A stretch of 64,000 nt of DNA from Octopus vulgaris (Eukaryota), in NCBI GenBank assembly GCA_951406725.2, contig OX597826.1, positions 40,610,001-40,674,000 of the forward strand, in the 5' to 3' direction. Positions 15,256 to 27,410 of the stretch are shown piece after piece. Made by a program: the position numbers and the translations under genes. The notes beneath the pieces were generated by a model, which saw nothing but the letters and a program-made list of their open reading frames with translations, did not search any database and was not told the origin of the DNA. Position 1 is the first letter of the stretch. Each line of letters opens with the position of its first letter.

Positions 15256-16540
15256 TTAGGTCATCCCATAAGTTCTGTCCGATTTTACCATTTTTAAAAT
15301 TAAATGAAATTTAATATTATTTTAGAATGTCTAATGGAATTTAAAATTATTTTTATGCATTTGTGTACATTTAAACTAAATGAATATTATTTTACGGAAT
15401 AATAGAATTAAAATTTCTTTGATTAAAACCCTTTCTAACATAGAAGTATCCAAAGAGCATTTGAGGCACATAATGCTTTATGAGTACAAAAAAGGAAACT
15501 CTGCAGCCGAAGCGACTCGAAACATGCACTCAGATTATGGGAAAGAATGCTTGAATGAAAGAACTTGCAGAAGATGGTTTGCAAAATTCAGAAGTGGTGA
15601 TTTCAGCCATTGAAGATGAAGATCGAACAGGACGTCCAGTTGAGTTTGATAAGCTCGTTGAGGCATTACTTGCAGAAAATCTTGCATTATCAGTTGGAGA
15701 ATTGGCGATAGAGCTTAGTTTAAACCATACAACTGTTCATTGTCATCTTCATCAACTTGGAAAGGTTCCTAAATTTGGAAAATGCGTGCCTCATGAATTG
15801 TCCGAAAGCAACCGCAAATCCCGAGTTGACATCTGCTCTTCTCTCCATTCTCACGAACTCATTACACCCTTTTTGGATAGACTTGTGACTGGTGACGAAA
15901 AATAGATCTTCTATCGAAATGTTAAACGCTGTAAACAGTGGCTCAGTAAAAGGGAAAAGGCTCAACCACAACAGAGAAGGGAACTTCATGGAAAAAAGGT
16001 TCTATCTCTATCTGGTGGGATTGCAAAGGGGTAATTCACTTTGAATTGTTACCATCTAATGCAACAATCAATGCTCAAGTCTACTGTCAGCAATTAGAGC
16101 GTTTGAACCAAGCTTTGAAGAAAAAAAGACCCGCTTTAGCGAATCGAAAAAGAATGATGTTTCATCAGGTCAATGCTCGACCCCACACTGCAAGATCACA
16201 TCACAGAAGATCGAAGAGGTCGGTTTGGAAAAATCACTTCATCCAACTTATTCTCCCGACCTTACTCCTTCAGGATACCATTTGTTTCATAGTTTACAGA
16301 ATCATTTGGGGGACATAACTTTCGCAAGCCAGGAGGAGGTCGAAACTGACACTTCAGAGTTCTTCGCTTTGAAACCAAAAGAGTTTTAGAGTGAAGGTAT
16401 TAATTAGCTTGTAAATAGATGGAAGGAAGTCATAGATAATCAGTGAAAAGTACATTGTTGATTAAATTTCAATTAAATAGAACATTTGATCGCTTGTTTT
16501 CTTTATTCAAAATTCGGACAGAACTTATGGGATGACCTGA
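15256..16540 (+). mobile_element. Full-length (1285 bp) mariner transposon with disrupted transposase
   Basis: 27-bp TIRs TTAGGTCATCCCATAAGTTCTGTCCGA / TCGGACAGAACTTATGGGATGACCTGA and a TA TSD. Motifs CVPHEL (WVPHEL), LVTGDEK, HQVNARPH and YSPDL are present, broken by stops and frameshifts. Confidence 0.95.
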
Positions 16541-16802
16541 TAAATATATTGAGGAAATAATCATTTATTTGAAAAGAAACCTTTTCTTCAATACCTAATA
16601 TAGCTCGATTCCACATTATTATATTTTAATGATAATCACGTAAATGGTGTCAGTTTACATACATTCTGAAATGCATCTGATCATATACATATCATCAGGG
16701 GGTATTTCATTAAAAAACAAGGATATACGTATTTATTTATTATCTAATGGCTCCATATAAGTTATTATAGGCTACTAAGCTATTAAATATTTATATGTTA
16801 GA

Positions 16803-16870
<68 letters not shown>

Positions 16871-17002
16871 AATACACGTACATAGATACGTATACACGAA
16901 CACACATACATGTACTTATAAAAATATATCCACACTGATTAATAAAGTATGTATAACACCTACATACTTGTTCATATACATTCGTAAATATATGTACACA
17001 CA

Positions 17003-17065
<63 letters not shown>

Positions 17066-18221
17066 TGTTTCTTTATTAGCCACACAGGGCTGCACAAAGA
17101 CGGGACAAATTACAAGGTAGAGCTTTTCTTTTGGGGATAAAAAAGGGGGTTTGATTTTCGATCAAAATGGATCGTAAAAAGAAAGGAGGAAAGCAAAAAA
17201 TAAGGAGGGGAATAAAATAAAAGGAAAAAGAAAAAATCGATCAATAGGGATCGTTATCACAGAAATGTCAATATAAAGTGTAAAGGGGAGGACAGGTGAG
17301 GTTTGCCCGTGGAAAGAAAAGCCTACGGAAAAGACCACGGTAACCTCGGTCAATGAAGTCACATGTTATATTTTTTTTTTTACAAATAAGCAACTCTCTG
17401 TATTAATTTTTACGGTTCATAGGATCATAGTCAAGGTGGCTTCATCATTCATACGTGCCATCCTTGCTACATTCACCCATCTTTTTTTAAAACATTCGCT
17501 AGACAAAACTTGCCTCTCTACTTTCACTTTCCTTTTCAAGTGATACTTGAAGAAGTTGATTAGAGATTGACCAGAGAGGAAAGTGTTTGTCTCTAATCAT
17601 TTCAGGCGCGTCCACCAGATACATTAATTCGCCATAGCCACAAGTATGATAAAAATAGCTTTTCCTTCCCGTTTGAAGGAAGGAGGTGTGACGATGTTAA
17701 CGTTAGACTCGGCTGATAAACCGACACGTCCCACACGTGACAGCAGTCATTCGACATAAGCCCACAGGTCGGAGATTGTTGGACACTGCACGATTGCGTG
17801 CAGAACGGTTTCGTCGCTCTGCCTGCATCTCGGGCAGGTCGGACCCGTGTTTCTCGAGCCATGCCTATAGAGCTTATCCCGAACGGGTAGCGCTTCTCTG
17901 TAGCACTGCCAGGCCAGGGATCTCTGGAAGTTGTCCATAGGTCCCGGCCCGAAAGTCGTCTCAAACAGGCGGCTCAGGTATTCCTCGTCGACGCCCAGGT
18001 TCGCCCCAAGATCGCACTCAAGGTCGACCCGGGACGGCATAGTTGCTTGAGAGCAACGCGACACTCACGGTGCCATTCGCCCTTCCTCGGCCTCTTTTTG
18101 ATCCACGACTGCAGTTCTGTCATGGAGACGAGCTGTGGGAAAGCGTGCCTCACAAACGGCGACCACACCTGTTCACCGTTGTCTACATAGAGCCGGAGAT
18201 GTCGCAGTCTCAGCGCGTGGC
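17066..18221 (-). mobile_element. Tx1/L1-clade LINE 3' fragment (zf-RVT region + 3' UTR) abutting (GATA)n
   Basis: SLAWQCYREALPVRDKLYRHG..CPRCRQSDETVLHAIVQC. The 3' end runs into (TATC)n. Confidence 0.85.
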
Positions 18222-18282
18222 TAGATATAGATATGGATATATACATACATTAAAACAGGAAAAACCCGAATACATATACATA

Positions 18283-18875
18283 TATAAGATCACCGTAGAA
18301 ATCATACACTGATTTCATAAATGGTAAAAGTGAAAATTACAAATAATAAGGGTGGCTTGTTAGCAATTTACAACCGAAAGACAGAACTATAGATATCAGT
18401 AAAATGACTAAAGGTACTAGTAAGCACCAGCATTGTTAGAAATAAGAGTCAAAACATCTCTTCGCTACGATAAGCACTTATCTTGTAGGTGACGAGGGAG
18501 TTAGCTGGTACTTAGTATCTTTAGTCATTTTAGTGACGTTTATAGTTCTGCTTTTCGGTTGTAAATTGCTAATAAGATACCTTTATTACTTATAATTATC
18601 ACTTTTACCATTTATGAAATCAGTGTATGATTTCTATGGTGATCTTATAAACTGACAAGGCGAGTCAGCTTAACCCAAGGCAAACGGGTAAGAGCCACTG
18701 ACGAGTATTAATATAAATGCGAAATTACTGGTGATCTGGCTATGCCCCGGATGCTGTGGGGAGCTTGACTTCCTTGTCAGTCATAAGATAATTGCTTATC
18801 GTGACAAAAAGATGGTTTGACTCTTACTTCTAGCAATATTGGTGCTTACTAGTACCCTTAATTATTCTAGTAACT
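18283..18875 (+). mobile_element. HHR-containing non-coding unit (~335 bp period) with 5' inverted segment
   Basis: 18283-18418 is inverted to 18514-18649 and 18405-18497 is inverted to 18768-18870. There is terminal redundancy between ~18507 and ~18841, and flanks are TA-rich. Confidence 0.75.
18693..18741 (+). ncRNA. Type I hammerhead ribozyme motif
   Basis: Stem I AGCCA/TGGCT, core CTGACGA, stem II GTATT/AATGC, GAAA, stem III ATTAC/GTGAT, cleavage triplet ATC (after 18736). Confidence 0.8.
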
Positions 18876-19777
18876 ATATATATATATATATATAATATAA
18901 ATTAGAGATAAAACCACTATTATGCAACTCAGACAGTGATAGACATAAAACCAAAACATAAATAACAAATAAAATATATTTTTATAAAACATATAACTAG
19001 ATCTCAAAAATTACAAAAATGAATAATCAATATATATATATATATATATATATGGGTATGATAGACGAGTTAAACAAACATTTAGATTCAGATTAATTAG
19101 GTACTTAAGTTGAGGCACCAGGATTTAGTACGGTATTATCCATACAGTTTCAAAATAAGGTGATTAGAATCAAAATAAGCAACAGGATATCCAGAGATAA
19201 TGCAGTACGATCGTTTCCAGCGACTCCGTTTAATTGAACAATGCAATCATTACATCAATTTAAATGCAGAGCAATCCTTTGCTGCATAAATACATAGAAT
19301 TAAATTAAATTGAATCAGATGGACACATTAGTATAATTTTAGGATAGCATTTAATTTGATATAATGGTTGCATTGTTCAATTACATGGAGTCACTTGAAA
19401 CGATCGTACTGCATTACTTCTGAATATCATGTTGCTTATTTTGATAGTGTGTGTGCGTGTGTGTGTGTGTATAATTGCAGCCTAGAAGGTGTTTATAAGC
19501 CATTTAAAAAACACACAAAAACCGTTAGATTCAATTCAACATTTAAATTTTATTTGTCAAAATATTTTCGTCGCTTTGAAACCGCAACCTGTTTACTGAC
19601 AAAATTCCGTGTTGCATCTGAGAAAGTAACAATTAGTACGTATGTATGCATGTATATATGTATGTGAGTATTTAGGTATGTGTGTAGACGTGTATGTGTA
19701 TGTACATGTGAACGTATGTTTATGTACTGATATGTGTGTCTGTTCAAGTTGTATACATGACTGTTACTCTGTCGAAG

Positions 19778-19819
<42 letters not shown>

Positions 19820-20005
19820 AAAGTAAATAAATGGTACAACGAAGTACCGATATTTACTGGAAAATAGCGAACGTAATAAATACGACGCTAATGTATAGCT
19901 TCACTGCGTATGTACTAGTAAAGATGCGTGTGTGCAACAAACATGAAAAAAATTGTCTTAGCTCTAGGAAGAACATCTGAAAAATGAAATACCTAGATAA
20001 CGGAT

Positions 20006-20402
20006 AAAATAGTGGTATATATATGTGTAGATGGATAAGTGTATATTTGCGTATACTTTAAGATTATACGAATATATGTGGGTGTGTGTACGTGTTTATA
20101 TTATTGTGTGTGTGCTTGTACACATGTATAGGTAAATTTATATTTGCATGTATGTATCTGAGACATTGTATTGCATTACTATTTTCATATATATATATAT
20201 ATATATGTCCCTCTCACCACCGTCTATCGGTGAATGGATACAATGTCTCAGATACATACATGCAAATATAAATTTACCTATACATGTGTACAAGCACACA
20301 CACAATCATAAACACGTACACACACCCACATATATTCGTATAATCTTAAAGCATACGCAAATATACACTTATCCATCTACACATATATATACCACTATTT
20401 TC
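20006..20402. repeat. Near-perfect inverted repeat (~165 bp arms, ~65 bp spacer)
   Basis: 20006-20171 is the reverse complement of 20237-20402. Confidence 0.85.
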
Positions 20403-20599
20403 GCAGGCAACGATTAAAATTCAAAATTTGTTTTTAAATTTTACATAGTCATATAATATAGAGATGATAAGAAAGGAAAAGTCGACCTCGGCGAAATTTG
20501 AACTCAGAACGTAAAGACAGACGAAATACCGCCCGGCGTGCTAACGTTTCTGCCAGCTCGCATCCTTGTAATATTTTAATCTTTTCATCCTCTCTCCTT

Positions 20600-20775
20600 T
20601 TTTTCTCCTTTTTTTTCTCTCCTTTTCTCTCTCCTTGTTTTTTTCTGTGTCCCTTTCTGTAGAAGAGCGTAGGCTCGAAACGTAAAATACTTTATCTATT
20701 CCTGAGCGTTATACTAATACATCTGTTTGTTTTTGTACACCACCTGTCTTTTTTTGTTTTTGTACACCACCTGTA
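20600..20775 (+). repeat. Short interspersed repeat with HHR-like motif (other copies ~2745-2895 and ~61540-61665, both minus)
   Basis: Three copies share GAAGAGCGTAG(G/A)CTCGAAACGT and the downstream TACTAATACA..TGTTTG..CACCTG motif. Confidence 0.65.
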
Positions 20776-20959
20776 GATATATAATATACATATATCTACA
20801 CACATACATATACTCACACAACACATACATACACACGCACGCTAAAATACATATACATCTACCCATACGTACATACATATTAATCTATGTACACTCATAC
20901 GATTATATATAACTACATATATGTATTTCAGTATTATTCATCTCAACATGTATGTATGG

Positions 20960-21400
20960 ACTTCTACATGTAAATGAGAGAAAGGGGTGATTATAGATGG
21001 GTATTCCTGAGTGGAATCTGGGTGTTACCCCATTCAAATTTACAGTTGAGGGTTGGTTTTTATTCCTGTATACAGACAAGCTTCAGTGACTTGTCTCAAC
21101 ATTGCATCAGTGGGATCTGTAGATAAGATGTCTAACCTAAGTCTCCCTAAGGAACCATAGTGACAGTCTACAGCATGCTGATAGAAGATGAAGTTGGGTT
21201 TTTGTTTAATGTAGTTGTTCAGATGTTCTTTGAACCTATCATTGATGCTCCTAGAAGTCTCACCAATATATGACTCTGGGATACTTAATCTCGTATATAG
21301 TGTTTTTCTTTTTGCAGTTCATATGTGGGTTTGTAGAACATACTACACTATTATTCTGACATATGATTCTATCAAATGGGTATGATTGACTTAATACAGA
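20960..21400 (-). mobile_element. Decayed GIY-YIG endonuclease fragment of a different Penelope-like element
   Basis: Minus-strand translation gives ESYIGETSRSINDRFKEHLNN. Confidence 0.65.
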
Positions 21401-22420
21401 TTTTCGGTTCAGCACACGATCTCAGATCAGGTCACTTGCTATGCAAGTACATCCCCGTGTATATATATATATATATTATTGAGCGAAAACACCTAAAGCT
21501 CCACGAAGCTCCGGCAGGGGGTGGTGGCGATCCCTGCTGTACACTTTCGCCACAACTTTCTCTCACTCTTTCTTCTGTTGGCCTGCTCGCTTAGCCAACG
21601 GGGTGGCGTCATTTGAAGGCTAAAACAATGCGAGGCGCATTGTGACCAGCGATGTGTAGCAACATCTGATAACCTGGTCGGTCACGGTGATCACGGTGAT
21701 ATATATATATACATGCATACACACAAACATATATACATACATATATAAATATATACATACACAAACACACATTAGTGTGTGTGTTTTGTTTGTATTGAAT
21801 CCATTTGCCCAGCATGATCGAATAGTGAATGAGATCGATTTGCAATCGAGAATAATCCTAGTGTCTGGTATCTTGGAATCACTTACCATAGCCGTGGATC
21901 GATTTTTGAAACTTGTAAGTAAAAGTGGGTTGAAGGAAACTGTGTAGAAGTCCGTCGGGTGGATTCTACCAGTAATTTAAAGGTCGAGCCTTGTCACACA
22001 CTACGTCACACTGATTCGACCAGAGAAATACATTATAGATCATTATAGGACATTATATACTCAGCCACCTACGCGTTAGTTCAATGTCCAGGACTTTCCG
22101 CTGGTGGAACAATTCAATATTCATTCTTGAAAGCAACGGAGATCCATGATCCATTTACGTTTGATATTTTATGTTCCCTAAAGTACTATGTAGTCGTTTG
22201 GTAAATGGACTTCCATTTCCGTTTCCAACAATGGAAATTACGGTTCGACAAACGCAAAAACCAAAAAATGCTGAAAAATAAATTGAAGGGAAGAGGACGT
22301 TTTCTTTTTCTTTTTCTCTTTGCAAAATCATTATCTCTGTTTCTGGAAGCAACAAAAAAAAATCTGAAGAAATCTGGACGGGAGATTGTTAGAATGACTC
22401 TGTGGCACGTCCGCTTAGTC

Positions 22421-22830
22421 TAGTGATTCACAACCGAGGTTCATATGACCCCTTGCGATTCATATAAGATTTGAGTTGGGGGCACACAAGCAAAATAGTA
22501 AATAACTGGGCCACAATAGTATTTTATGGGTCTGTAGCGAAGCACAATGAAGCCAGAGCCATTTTAAAACAGCGAGTTCTCGTCAACTTCTACAGGTCTA
22601 TGAAAAATTTTGCTTTAGATATATTTAATGCAAGAAACAGGTTTTTTTTTTCTTTAACGTTTTACATAGTTCAGCCTGCACAAACTAATGTGTGATAAAT
22701 AAAATAGGAATTTTGAGAGAAGTATCTATAAAACTAATTTTTAAACAATGAATGGCTATGGGGGTTCACCACAATAAAATAGCTATCAAAAGGGTCCATA
22801 GATAAAAAAAAAAATGGTCGAGAATCACTG
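22421..22830. mobile_element. hAT (Charlie-like) MITE
   Basis: TIRs TAGTGATTCACAACC / GGTCGAGAATCACTG. Degenerate 8-bp flanks GCTTAGTC / GTTTAGAC. Confidence 0.65.
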
Positions 22831-23089
22831 GGTTTAGACTGGGGGTGGAGTGATATGATCAGCTGAAACTTTTAATGGTAAATTGTCTCACAAAGGCTTC
22901 TACACACTTTCCATTCCCGATATCCGTCACTTAATTTATTTAAGTTTGAATCAACATCAGACTACGGTAGGAGATGCTTGCTCGGTACCGCATGAGATCG
23001 AACTTGTGACCCAGTAATCACGAAACAAACGTCTTAATTATTCAACCAACAACAGTAATACAAACAAAAAGACACAGAACTAAATAATT

Positions 23090-23263
<174 letters not shown>

Positions 23264-23294
23264 GAACCCCCCCCTACTTGTCAATTTTTATCTT

Positions 23295-23370
23295 CTTCCG
23301 GTTCACTGCGCATGTCAGTAACAGCTGTCAAGGAAACCGCGCGCCTGTTTGTATGTTGTCTTCGGTAAAT
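23295..23370 (+). promoter_or_regulatory. Candidate promoter / non-coding first exon of the PPP1R35-like gene
   Basis: ETS-type CTTCCGGT (23295-23302) next to NRF1-like TGCGCATG (23307-23314), locally CpG-rich, followed by possible donors GTATGT (23351) and GTAAAT (23365). Lies ~2 kb upstream of the coding exon. Confidence 0.45.
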
Positions 23371-24387
23371 ATTTATATCTACTCCGTACATACACGTATT
23401 TATATAAATATATTACTTTTTTAATCGGCTTAATCGGCAGTGGCCGAGAGTTTCGTTCACGACACTTATCAATCTTCTCTAACTTTCTGACGCTTAAAAA
23501 TAAAGACAAAATTATTTAGATATATACTCATATTCTTTCTTCTACCAAACCTGTAATATATTTATTATATATTATATGTATTTACATCTCTCTCTCTCTT
23601 CATATATATATATTTATATATTATGCTTGTCGGTGTGGCTGTCTGTTCGCTGGTGTTTTGCTTAATTTCTTCATTTCTACTCATTTTTCCCTAACTTATT
23701 TATTTATTCATTCTGTTCGTTGTATTTGAAGCTGTTTTAATGTAGTTTTAGGATTTGTTTTTACTCCGCAGACACGTAACACTGTTAATATTCTGGGTTT
23801 TCGGGGTCGTGTACGAGCACATAATTCGTACGTCTCTGGTGTGATATAAGAAACCAAATAACTACTGTCGTTGTGTGGTTAGTCACCGATCAGTCCTGAT
23901 CGCACAAATTTGTGATCAAAAACATTTAACCTATCTACACCCTGTCTTTTTTCTTTCTCAACCGCACCACCTATGTTGGAGAGCCGTCTAAAACAACATT
24001 ATAGACTCCTGGCAAAACGATATACCCTGGGACCTATACTATTTATTTATTGATAGGGCCATAATATACATAGATTAACATTGAACCCCTAAAACCGTGG
24101 GATCTCCCGGACAACTGTTCCGTGTGCCCGTAGCTTTAAATATTAAGAGAATCTGTCATTTGTAGCTCGTTAAAGTAAGTGTGCGTGTGTTCAACAACAA
24201 AAGTTCGACAACAGTTGCTTACTTTGACTAGTAGAGTCTACATTATTTTTAATGATCGTGTTCACTATATATATGAATGTATGTGTGTACCTCTGTACAC
24301 ACACATATGTACACCTTTTAACGTTATTTTGAGTTGTTAATTTTCTCTAAAGACTCTATATTTTTCCCAGGAATGAATTTTCTAATA

Positions 24388-24600
24388 TCCCATGACTTTC
24401 GGAAACATTTTTTCACGCTCAGAGTTGCTGAAGCATGGAATAAACTGCCTGCGTCAGTTGTTGACTGCCATGACACTGCATCTTTTAAGGCCCTCATGCT
24501 TTCCGAAATCCGCCGAAACTTCACCTGATTATATATACACTTTAGATGAGTTGTAGTGCACCTGAGCACTGTACACAATTATTATTATTATTATTATTAT
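24388..24600 (+). mobile_element. CR1/L2-type LINE 3' end with (TTA)n tail
   Basis: HDFRKHFFTLRVAEAWNKLPASVV...SFK followed by a short 3' UTR and (TTA)n. Confidence 0.75.
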
Positions 24601-25430
24601 TTAAAATGGATGTAGCCATTCCGTCATCACCGTGTTTAGTTGGGGGTCTAAAGATGAAGCTGGAGGGGGGGGGGGGTACTGTCATGTCCAGTTTGCGGAC
24701 ACAAATCGAAATTTTGAGACGACTTTTGCTGGCTGGAATTCTCTTTTTCTCTTTTATTTGTTTCAGTCATTTGACTGTGGCCATGCTGGAGCACCGCCTT
24801 TTTAATCGAGCAAATCGACCCCAGGACTTATTATTTGTAAGCCTAGTACTTATTCTATCGGTCTCTTTTGCTGAACCGCCAAGTTACAGGGACGTAAACA
24901 CACCAGCACCGGTTGTCAAGCGATGTTGGGGGAAAAAACATAGTAATATTTTAATATTTATTTTAGGTGAGTGAGAGGTCGAAGGATGTTGGAGATATCT
25001 CGATATCAATTAGTCAGGTGACCTTCCTGTAGCTACTATTTTAACCCATTCAGACTTTTTTGTTAAATCTATTGCTTATTTATTCACATTTTGTATTAGT
25101 CAAGCTTTATCTTGTAGCTTTGAGATTTTGAAGAGGTAACTGTTAATTAAAGAATGATATTGTAAGGTTGGTATGAGAGTCCATATATGGCCAGTTTGAA
25201 CATAAAACAGGTAGAATATTTGGGCTGGATATGGCCACTTTAAATGCTAAAGGGTTGTGATATCTCTGTATAACAGCCGTAGTCTGTCAAAGGTCCAACA
25301 TTGTGTCCCTGTCGTAATGTTTGCTTTTTTAATTTTCTATTTCAGTTCTCTCATTGCATTGTTGACCGTTACTGAAGCCCTACTTCAATGTAAATAGCAA
25401 ATCCATGCCTGTCTTTCACACAGGACTGTC

Positions 25431-26039
25431 ATGATTGCCAATTCTGATGAGATAGTCCTACGCCAGCCTCCAGTTGCTTCAAAGATGACAATTCTTCCAT
25501 CTCAAATACTTCCAGATCCAGATCTTCAGGTTTCACCGTTCAAGAAAGGAATTTTGCGGAAGGAAGCAAACCGCCCAAAATCACATTCCAATGTACGATT
25601 TAATTTGAAAAGTCATCCCCTTGCAGACCTCAATAGTAGTAGCAGCAGCAGCACTGGTACTCCTTCTGAGCCCAACAGGAGTAACAACAGCATTGGTACT
25701 CCTGCTGATCTCTACAACAGTAATAGTGGTATTGGTATGCCTGCTGAGTTCAGTAGTAGTAGTGGTGGCTCTGGTACTCTTGCTGAGCTCTGCAGGAGTA
25801 GTAGCGGGGTTGCTGCAACGTCTGAGCCTTCTTTTACATCTCAGGAACAAAGTTTTAACACAAACATACCACATCCTGCTGACAGTTGTACTGTGACCGA
25901 TGTTCCCCTTATTCCACTCAACAGTTCCCAGCACATTTTACATAAAATTCATGTTTTGGCACAGAACGATGAGACCCATGTCATCAAAGAACTCCAGCGC
26001 CAGTTAAATATTGATAAGAAGAAAGAAATAAATGAAAAA
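25431..26039 (+). CDS. PPP1R35: PPP1R35-like protein, coding exon 1 (203 codons)
   Basis: ATG at 25431 follows candidate acceptors (TTTCAG ending 25345, CACAG ending 25423). The ORF has KKGIL and an RVxF-like KSHSNVRF motif plus a Ser-rich linker. Phase-0 donor AAA|GTAAGT at 26040. Confidence 0.85.
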
Positions 26040-26334
26040 GTAAGTTCCAGATATTCTTGTTGTCATCGTTATTGTTGTTTGGCAAAACTGTTACCGTTAG
26101 GGAAAATGCTTTGCAGCATTTGTTGCTGCTCCTTATAGTGGTTGGCGTTAGGAAGGGCATCCAGCTGTAGAAACACTGCCAGATCAGACTGGGCCTGGTG
26201 CAGCCTCCTGGCTTCCCAGACCCCAGTCGAACCGTCCAACCCATGCTAGCATGCAAAGCGGACGTTAAACGATGATGATGATGATAATCCTGTCAAAGTC
26301 AACTTTGCCTTTTATCTATTCAGTGTCAATGAAA

Positions 26335-26660
26335 TCATCATCATCATCATCATCATCATCGTTTAGCGTCCATTTTCCATGCTAGCATGGGTTGGACGGT
26401 TCGACTGGGGTCTGTGAAGCCGGAAGGCTTCATCAAGCCTAGTCACATCTGGCAGTGTTTCTACGGCTGGATGCCCTTCCTAACGCCAACCACTCCATGA
26501 GTGTAGTGGGTGCTTTTTACGTGCCACCCGCACAGGTGCCAGACAGAGCTGGCAAACGGCCATGAACGGATGGTGCTTTTTATGTGCCACCAGCACGGGG
26601 GCCAGGTAAGGCTGGCAATGGACACGAACGGATGATGCTTTTTACGTGCCACCGGCACAT
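26335..26660 (-). mobile_element. Short retroposon with (GAT)n tail, RTE-like 3' end (copies 26139-26285 +, 28020-28125 -, 28400-28610 +, 31680-31905 +)
   Basis: Shared GGTTGGCGTTAGGAAGGGCATCCAGC...CCGTCCAACCCATGCTAGCATGG...TAAACGATGATG. Confidence 0.8.
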
Positions 26661-26922
26661 AAAAAATTTTAAAAAAACAATCAAATCTTGGGCTCAATGT
26701 AATTGACTTTCCCTCTCCTCTCAAATTGCTGGCATTGTGCCTTAATTCGAAACCATTATTATTAATATTATTATTATCATTATTATTACGACGGCAGTGA
26801 GCTGGGAAAAATGCTTAGTGGCATTTCCTCCTTGCCTTTCATCTGTTTGGGATCAATAAAATAAATACCAGTTGAACACTGGGATCCTGAAAGTGTTGGC
26901 TTTGTGCCAAAATTTAAAGGTA

Positions 26923-27410
26923 ACATTTGATGGATATTTGTCCTCATCTTGTTTGTTGTTAACACAACGTTTCAGCTAATATACTCTCCAGCCTTCATCA
27001 GGTGTCTTGGGGAAATTTCGAGCCTGAGTTATCATTCTTAAAGTATTTTTCGAATGTTATTATTATTATTTTTTAGGTCACTGCCTGGAATCGAACTCGG
27101 AATCTCGGGATTAGTAACCCGAGCTCTTAACCACTACGCCATATGCCCACAGGTATAGTGGTTAAGAGTTTGATTCCAGGCAGTGACCTGAATAAAAATT
27201 ATAATAAATAATAATAATAATAATAAAAATAATAATAACATCAAAAGATACCTTAGGAATGAGAACCCAGGTTCGAAATTTCCCAAGACACCTGATGAAG
27301 GCTGGAGGGTATATCACCTGAAACGTTGTGTTAACAACAAACAATTGAGGACAAATATCCATCAAATGTAAATAATGTACATAATTCCTCATCTCTTAAA
27401 TATAGAATTG
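26923..27410. mobile_element. Head-to-head pair of a tRNA-headed, hammerhead-tailed short element
   Basis: ~200-bp inverted arms. tRNA-like head on minus at 27076-27148 (TAGTGG A box, GTTCGATTCC B box). HHR motifs at 26961-27006 (-) and 27287-27332 (+). Confidence 0.75.

Noticed and set aside
26040-26138. C-terminal 32 aa of the 235-aa ORF at 25431
   Set aside because: Read-through past the GTAAGT donor. The conserved domain continues in the exons at 28687 and 30591.
27076-27148. tRNA gene
   Set aside because: The acceptor stem does not pair and the sequence is embedded in a duplicated repeat. Treated as a SINE head.
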